A stretch of DNA of 54,047 nt from NCBI GenBank assembly GCA_046063325.1, contig JBJTMC010000094.1:1-54047 (forward strand), read 5' to 3'. Source of the DNA: Novosphingobium sp. (lineage in GTDB: Bacteria > Pseudomonadota > Alphaproteobacteria > Sphingomonadales > Sphingomonadaceae). Both the position numbers and the translations under genes were made by a program. The notes under the pieces were generated by a model that was given only the letters and a program-made list of their open reading frames with translations, was not told where the DNA came from and made no database searches. Positions 48,410-54,047 of the stretch are shown here, piece after piece. Position 1 is the first letter of the stretch, and every line of letters starts with the position of its first letter.

Positions 48410-48495
48410 ACCTTCCGAGAATTTGTCGAACGCTCTCTGCTACGCAAAGAGCCATGAACGTCGGCAGGGCCGCAATCGATGGCACGCTTTACGAG

Positions 48496-48524
48496 TTGAC
48501 AAAACGTAATGCTAATACAATTAT
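48496..48524 (+). promoter_or_regulatory. Promoter -35 TTGACA followed by candidate operator CGTAATGCTAATACA
   Basis: TTGACA at 48496-48501; YGTA-N7-TACR at 48505-48519, in the spacer/-10 region. Confidence 0.6.
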
Positions 48525-48588
48525 GGCTAGTCGCGAGAACCAAAGGGAAGGCGCTGCAATAAAATTGCTGCTTCAGGGGGGATTGACC

Positions 48589-49854
48589 GTGGAAGAACTG
48601 AACACGGGAAAGGCCCAGACCTCTGCCCTTTTTGAGGGCGCAGCCGGTTTAACGCTCATCGCCTGCATTATCGGCCTCGCGCTGGGATTTTCGGTCGTTG
48701 GCGTCGCGACCTTTGGAGTGTTCATCCCGGCGCTCGAAGCCGAGTTTAAGTGGGGCAGGGGTGAGATTTCGGTCGCACATACCATCATGAGCTACACAAC
48801 TGCGCTCTTTGCTCCGTTTATCGGTGCGGCATTTGACCGGTGGGGCGTGCGCAAAGTCCTGTTGCCATCGATTTTGGGCTTCGGACTAGCCACGGCAAGC
48901 CTTGCTTTGGTCAACGGCCACCTGCTCATGTTTTACCTGGCTTATGCGGCGCTGGCCATACTGGGCGGCGGAACGGCGCCTACCGGATATATGCGAACGC
49001 TCGCCCTATGGTTCCGCGACAATCGCGGTCTGGCATTTGGCATCGCGATGGCCGGAGTGGGAATCGGCACAGTCTTTATCCCACTTGTAGTTCGGTTTGC
49101 AGTAGCGAGTTGGGGTTGGCAGGCCGGTTATCTCGCTGTTGCCGCGCTGATCCTTGGCATCTCGGGCCCGATTGCATGGACAATGTTGCGCGACCCGGTG
49201 AACAGTGCCGGGCAAAGCAGTGGCCAAATCGTTCCAGGCTTGCATGGCTTGTCGTTCTCCCAAGCCTTACGTCAGCGCAGCTTTTGGCTTCTGGCCTTTG
49301 CCTTTCCATTGCTCGGACTCTTTACCTCCGGCTTGATGGCGCACCTTGTGCCGCTGCTGTTGGATCGCGGCTTGGGGCAAACCGCCGCCGCGGCTGGTTT
49401 GTCTGTACTTGGTGTCGCTTTGATATTTGGCCGTCTGGTCACCGGCTGGATGCTTGATCAGGTCCATGCGCCCAAATTGATTATCACCTGTATAGCGGTT
49501 GCGATTGCCGGTCTCGTGATACTTATGAACGGTGTTTCAGGATGGACCGCGTTTGCGGCGATCTTGCTGATAGGGTTTGTAATCGGAGCAGAGCTTGATT
49601 TCCTATCCTACCTGATAGCCCGCTACTTTGGAACCTTGGCATATGCCAAGCTCTACGGGCTCCTTTATGGCATTTTCATATTCGGGTCTGGGATCGGTCC
49701 ATTGCTCATGGGCTTCGGTTTTCAAGCTTACAAAAGCTATGATTTCCCGCTTGCCGTCATCCTTGGGATTTTGTTCCTAACGATTCCGGCATTTCTGGCA
49801 CTTGGCCCATACCCGTCCCTTTGCGCTGCCAGGGAGGAACGGCCTGATGGCTAA
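48589..49854 (+). CDS. MFS transporter (monocarboxylate/oxalate:formate antiporter-like)
   Basis: GAAFDRWGVRK, WFRDNRGLAFG, GAELD..SYL..RYFG; start placed at GTG 48589. Confidence 0.88.
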   Translation: MEELNTGKAQTSALFEGAAGLTLIACIIGLALGFSVVGVATFGVFIPALEAEFKWGRGEISVAHTIMSYTTALFAPFIGAAFDRWGVRKVLLPSILGFGLATASLALVNGHLLMFYLAYAALAILGGGTAPTGYMRTLALWFRDNRGLAFGIAMAGVGIGTVFIPLVVRFAVASWGWQAGYLAVAALILGISGPIAWTMLRDPVNSAGQSSGQIVPGLHGLSFSQALRQRSFWLLAFAFPLLGLFTSGLMAHLVPLLLDRGLGQTAAAAGLSVLGVALIFGRLVTGWMLDQVHAPKLIITCIAVAIAGLVILMNGVSGWTAFAAILLIGFVIGAELDFLSYLIARYFGTLAYAKLYGLLYGIFIFGSGIGPLLMGFGFQAYKSYDFPLAVILGILFLTIPAFLALGPYPSLCAAREERPDG

Positions 49855-49889
49855 ATCCCTGGAGCTCCATTTTCTGAACGGATCTAAGC

Positions 49890-51152
49890 ATGACTGAAAT
49901 AGCAACTGCGTTTGGGGTTGAGATCGAAGGCCCCTGGTTCACACCGGACAAATGGGTTTCGCCATTCTTCTGGGGTGCCGATGTTCAGGATGCCATATTA
50001 CCGCCCGATAAGGTGCTAATCCACGACGTGACGCTGCGCGACGGGGAGCAGGCGGCCAGGGTTGTGTTTACGCCTGAAGAAAAAATCCTGATGGCCCGAG
50101 AGCTGGACAAGCTCGGTGTGCATTCGATCGAGCCGGGCTTTCCTACCAGCCCCGAGGACATCGAGGTGCTCCACGAGCTGGTCGGCGCGGGGCTGACTAC
50201 CAAAATCGTCCCGATCGCCAGGATCAAGCCGCAGGATGTGCGAGCCTGCATCGATGCCAAACCTCATGGAGTGCTTCTGGAAATGGGGATAAACCCGTTT
50301 CTGCTCCGCGAGATTTTCGATACCACTCCCGAACGGCTACTCGATGAGATCGTCGAATATGCCGTCGAAGTGAAGCGCGCGGGGCTGTACCTTGAGTTCA
50401 TGGGCTGGGACGTAATGCGCATTCCCAGCCGCGATTTTGTCGAACGCTTCTTCAAAAGGCTGGTTGAACGAGCGCCATTCGACCGCATAACGATTGCCGA
50501 CACCTTCGGCATGGGCCATCCACTTGCGATCTTCAACCTGATCCGCGACCTCAGGGAGTGGACCGGCCGATCGGTCGGTTTTCACATTCACAATGATTAC
50601 GGCATGGCCACTGCAAACAGCGTTATGGCGGTTTCAGCCGGCGCGGACATGGTGCACAGTTCCGTGAACGGCATTGGCGAGCGGGCTGGTAACGTCGCCA
50701 CAGAAGAAGTGGTGATGGCGCTGCAGCACCTGATGAACATCGATTGCGGTGTCGATCTTGGCCAGATTGCCGCTGTTTCCGAGATGGTGGCACATGTCTC
50801 GCGCATGCAGTTGGCCCGCAACAAGCCCATTGTAGGCGAGGGCTTGTTCGAAGTGGAATCGGGCATGGTCGTCGGGTTTATCGAATATTTGAAGAAGACG
50901 CCGTTCGGCGGCGAGCTGTTTTTCCCCTTCAAGCCGGCCGTCGCTGGACTGCCGCCGCACAGCGTTCTGGCCGGGCGCGGATCGGGCACGAAATCGATCC
51001 AGTACTTTCTCAGCCAGCGTGGAATCGAAGCAGATGCTGCTACCGTCAAGCGCATCATGGAGCGCGTCAAGGATCTGGCGCTCATCTTCAAGGATGCGCT
51101 CACCGATGCGCATCTTGAGCGTGTGATCTCAGAGGAGTTGAAGTCGGCATGA
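49890..51152 (+). CDS. DRE-TIM metallo-synthase (homocitrate/isopropylmalate synthase family) without a regulatory domain
   Basis: HDVTLRDGEQ, IADTFG, HIHNDYG, NGIGERAGN, NKPIVG..F..ESG. Confidence 0.9.
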   Translation: MTEIATAFGVEIEGPWFTPDKWVSPFFWGADVQDAILPPDKVLIHDVTLRDGEQAARVVFTPEEKILMARELDKLGVHSIEPGFPTSPEDIEVLHELVGAGLTTKIVPIARIKPQDVRACIDAKPHGVLLEMGINPFLLREIFDTTPERLLDEIVEYAVEVKRAGLYLEFMGWDVMRIPSRDFVERFFKRLVERAPFDRITIADTFGMGHPLAIFNLIRDLREWTGRSVGFHIHNDYGMATANSVMAVSAGADMVHSSVNGIGERAGNVATEEVVMALQHLMNIDCGVDLGQIAAVSEMVAHVSRMQLARNKPIVGEGLFEVESGMVVGFIEYLKKTPFGGELFFPFKPAVAGLPPHSVLAGRGSGTKSIQYFLSQRGIEADAATVKRIMERVKDLALIFKDALTDAHLERVISEELKSA

Positions 51153-51820
51153 CCCCTGAAATTGCACTATATGCTTGCCCAAGGGCTTGCTCATTCGTTT
51201 CACACGCTGCGCTCGAACATACGGGGGCGCAATTCGAAGTGCGCTTCATCGATCTGTTCAAGGGCGAACAGAATACCCCAGACTACCGCGGGGTAAGCCC
51301 TCGCGGCAAGGTGCCATTCCTGACAGCCGGGTCGGTTGGCATTGGGGAGAATATCGCTATCCTTGCATGGATTAATCGGCAGTTTCCTCAAGCTGGCTTG
51401 CTGCCGGATGCAACGGCGCCTGAAATGGTTCCGGCGCTTTCTGACCTGGGCTGGTTCGCGTCGGGCGTGCATCCTTTCATCAGTCGCATTCTAGTGCCGC
51501 AGCGATTCACGACTGATCCTGCCGGGATCGAAGCCATCCGCGCTTCGGCCCAAGCCGGACTGGCTGCGGAATTTGCGCTGATCGACGAGAAATTGGGCGA
51601 GCGACAGTGGTGGTGGTCAGATCGGCCTTCAGCGGCTGACTTCTATCTGTTCTGGTTCTGGGCCCGCGTTGGCGACGGTGCATTCGACCGGGAGGATTAT
51701 GCAAATTACCGCGCGCACGTGCGAAAGGTCGGCCAGTTGCCTGCCGTGCAAAGGACACTCCTGAAGGAGCGTACTTTCTTATCCTGTTACGAAAACCTCA
51801 AAGAAACAATGGAGATTTGA
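51149..51820 (+). CDS. Glutathione S-transferase (beta-class-like)
   Basis: PRACSF..H.ALE, PRGKVP.L, ENIAI, SAADFYLF. Confidence 0.9.
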   Translation: MTPEIALYACPRACSFVSHAALEHTGAQFEVRFIDLFKGEQNTPDYRGVSPRGKVPFLTAGSVGIGENIAILAWINRQFPQAGLLPDATAPEMVPALSDLGWFASGVHPFISRILVPQRFTTDPAGIEAIRASAQAGLAAEFALIDEKLGERQWWWSDRPSAADFYLFWFWARVGDGAFDREDYANYRAHVRKVGQLPAVQRTLLKERTFLSCYENLKETMEI

Positions 51821-51821
51821 C

Positions 51822-52682
51822 GTGTCAATTCCGAAATATGAAACCCGGATTGAGGAGTACTCGGAGAAGTATAGCGATTTCCTGAAGTTTAAACGGGAAG
51901 ATGGCATACTTGAAGTACAATTGCATACGGACGGCGGTCCCCTGAAATGGGGTTTGGAGGTCCATCACGGTCTTATTCCGGCCATGTTCGATATCAATGC
52001 GGATCCTGAAAACGAAGTGATGATCCTGACCGGGACTGGGGACAGTTTTCTTGCCGAATTCGATACCGAAAGCTGGGAGCGGCACAAATTCCACGAGCCG
52101 TTCAATGCCTATCACGCCTATGACATGTTCTACAAAGACCAGACGCGCGAACCGTTTGCTCTGATCAACCTGCAAATTCCGGTGATTGCCGCGCTTAACG
52201 GCCCCAGCATCGTTCATGCCGAGCTGGCGCTGCTCAACGATATCGTCCTCGCCTCTGAAGAAACCTATTTCTACGAAGGTCACTGGGATGGACTAGGAAT
52301 CGTCCCGGGCGACGGCGTGCACACGCTCTTCCGCGAGTTGCTTGGGCCCAATCGCGGCCGCTATTTCATGCTGATGGGCCAAAAGATCTATGCGCAGGAA
52401 GCCCTGCAGCTTGGCCTCGTCGGCGAAGTCCTTCCTGCCGATCAACTGCTGCCCCGCGCCTGGGAGATCGCGCGCAACGTGTTCATGAACAAGAATCGCA
52501 TCCAGCGGCGCATGACTCGCTCGCTCTTGATGCAACCATGGCGGGAGCTGTTCACCAAGGAGCTGTTTTCGGGCATGGCGCACGAAAGCCTCGCCTGCTT
52601 CGATTACTGGCCGATGACCAAGAGTAAGACTTTCGACATTGGCAAGCTTATCGAACAGGACGGAGGCAAGGGACGGATGTAG
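51822..52682 (+). CDS. Crotonase-fold beta-diketone hydrolase, 6-oxocamphor hydrolase (CamK)-like
   Basis: EEYSEKY, HTDGGPLKW, DPENEVMILTGTGDSF, NGPSIVHAEL, GHW..GIVPGDGVH, LGPNRGRYF, LLPRAWEIAR, GMAHE, all matching the 6-oxocamphor hydrolase pattern as I recall it. Confidence 0.85.
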   Translation: MSIPKYETRIEEYSEKYSDFLKFKREDGILEVQLHTDGGPLKWGLEVHHGLIPAMFDINADPENEVMILTGTGDSFLAEFDTESWERHKFHEPFNAYHAYDMFYKDQTREPFALINLQIPVIAALNGPSIVHAELALLNDIVLASEETYFYEGHWDGLGIVPGDGVHTLFRELLGPNRGRYFMLMGQKIYAQEALQLGLVGEVLPADQLLPRAWEIARNVFMNKNRIQRRMTRSLLMQPWRELFTKELFSGMAHESLACFDYWPMTKSKTFDIGKLIEQDGGKGRM

Positions 52683-52748
52683 GAATTCCGGTGCACGAGG
52701 GTGCATTGCCCCGTGCACCGCCGCTACTGGTCAATTGGGAGTATTCCC

Positions 52749-53402
52749 TTGAATTTGCATGCCCTAATCCGTGAACCTCGACAGGACCGCAGTCAGCAAA
52801 CGATGGATCGGATCATCGACGCGACAACCCGTCTCCTCGAGACGAATGACTATGACCAAATCACGATTGCCCTGATCGGTCGCGAAGCGAAAACCGGGGC
52901 AAGTTCGATTTATGCGCGCTTCAAGGACAAGCGTGCGATTCTGCTGGCGACGCATCAGAGGCTGCGTGAACGGGCAGTTCGGAGATTCGAGGAACTTTGC
53001 AGCCCTGCCAAGTGGAACGCCGTTTCAGTCCCTGAGGCGCTGGATGGCATCGTCACAGGCATGTTCGCTTGGTACCGCGAGAACCACAATGTGATGAAAG
53101 CAGCGCTGCTGCTGAATGACAGGACGCTTTACGGACAGATCGCCAATTCAATCCATGCTGGTGCCGTCCAGCTATCGCATTTTATCCACGACCGGGTACC
53201 GGGGCATGATCGTCGATCTGCCGCAAAGGCTGCGGATTTCATCTTTCGGGTAATGACCGCCACGTTTCAGCAAGTTGCCATATTCGATGGTCAGTCCCCC
53301 ACAGCGGATAATCTCGACGATAAAGAACTCATTGAAGGAATCGTCAAAGCAGCATTGGCTCAAATGACCGTTCATTCTGTCGAAGTAGTTGATGGGACGT
53401 AA
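52749..53402 (+). CDS. TetR/AcrR-family transcriptional regulator
   Basis: PRQDRSQQT.DRIIDA, ITIA.I..EA...SSIYARFKDK; start placed at TTG 52749 after GGAG. Confidence 0.88.
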   Translation: MNLHALIREPRQDRSQQTMDRIIDATTRLLETNDYDQITIALIGREAKTGASSIYARFKDKRAILLATHQRLRERAVRRFEELCSPAKWNAVSVPEALDGIVTGMFAWYRENHNVMKAALLLNDRTLYGQIANSIHAGAVQLSHFIHDRVPGHDRRSAAKAADFIFRVMTATFQQVAIFDGQSPTADNLDDKELIEGIVKAALAQMTVHSVEVVDGT

Positions 53403-53559
53403 GCGTCGATGGAGGCGGCGTTGACTTAGAGCCCGATCGAAAATTGGTTAAGCGATGTCAGTAGTTTATGCTTCATCTTCGTTGTCATGACGATAGGAGA
53501 AGCAGATGGCTTGGAATCCGCCCGGCAGCAGCAAAGCCGCAAGGGTGGCGGCTAACCGC

Positions 53560-53635
53560 TGGCTGCTCGACCAGAGCGAGCTGCAGCTCTAAGATCTCGA
53601 AACCGACGTGTTTGAGGACGATCTCGCTGTCGGTC
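53560..53635 (+). mobile_element. Short IS66 TnpC remnant
   Basis: LLDQSELQL*DLETDVFEDDLA resembles the IS66 TnpC leucine-zipper segment; contains an in-frame stop. Confidence 0.55.
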
Positions 53636-54047
53636 TCAAGCGGCCCAAGGAACCCGATAGCCCTCCACCAGGATCATCGGGATTATTATCTCCTGGTGAA
53701 TTTCGACAGCGAGATGTCGTCGCAAGAAACTTGACAAGCTCAACCGGCCAACAATCGAGCCTGCGAAACTTGAGGCAGAATGGCCCGCTGCGAGGCGGGC
53801 ACGTGCGGGAATTGTGGCTCAATCAAAGCTACCACCAAAACAATGGGCCATTTCGACGCCTAGAACGTGCTGCATATCTGTTTGCGGCCTAGCCATGAGC
53901 TGCTGCGCCAAGCCATCCCTCCACCACCTGGCGACCATCATCACACGATGCCCGTACAGCTCCGGGTGTACGCGAAAATCTTGGAGCCGGAGCTGCCTGG
54001 TTTAGCCCCCCGAAATCGACAAATGCTTCTCTTGCCGCCAAGTGAGG

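Noticed and set aside
49890-51152. nifV or leuA, implying nitrogen fixation or leucine biosynthesis
   Set aside because: No nif or leuBCD genes nearby, no LeuA regulatory domain, and the context is catabolic; gene symbol withheld.
23040-52682. Canonical camphor (cam) pathway
   Set aside because: No P450cam, putidaredoxin or OTEMO-type flavoprotein is in the window; only two enzymes resemble camphor-pathway families.
53640-54047. Short ORFs or a further IS fragment at the right edge
   Set aside because: No motif could be recognised with confidence; probably degraded mobile-element sequence.

Overview
This window is very probably part of a large sphingomonad (Sphingobium/Novosphingobium-like) plasmid. 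Bases 1-6.8 kb are backbone: a primase/toprim-type gene broken by an in-frame stop, an iteron origin, Rep_3-type repA, parA and parB with three identical palindromic parS-like sites, an HTH protein and a tyrosine recombinase. A scar at 6.9-7.8 kb holds fused remnants of a second recombinase, an IS3 element and an IS110/IS1111 element. From 8.0 to 53.4 kb lies a ~45 kb catabolic island of unknown substrate. It encodes four unusual serine hydrolases (a tannase-family enzyme lacking the CS-D-HC disulfide, a DUF6351-like protein, two CocE/NonD), two acyl-CoA ligases, five SDRs, TonB-dependent and MFS uptake, and IclR, LysR and TetR regulators. It also concentrates C-C cleavage chemistry: a 6-oxocamphor-hydrolase-like crotonase, a diketocamphane-monooxygenase-like luciferase-fold enzyme plus flavin reductase and candidate lactonases, a beta-keto acid cleavage enzyme, an SCP2-type thiolase, a single-chain ThDP enzyme, two E1 alpha/beta pairs with no E2/E3 in the window, and a DRE-TIM synthase. 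An intact IS5 with a 4-bp target duplication has cut off the 3' end of an NmrA-family gene. A shared YGTA-N7-TACR palindrome marks three promoters of the right-hand module. I found no rRNA, tRNA or CRISPR. All family calls come from motif recognition by eye, not database searches.
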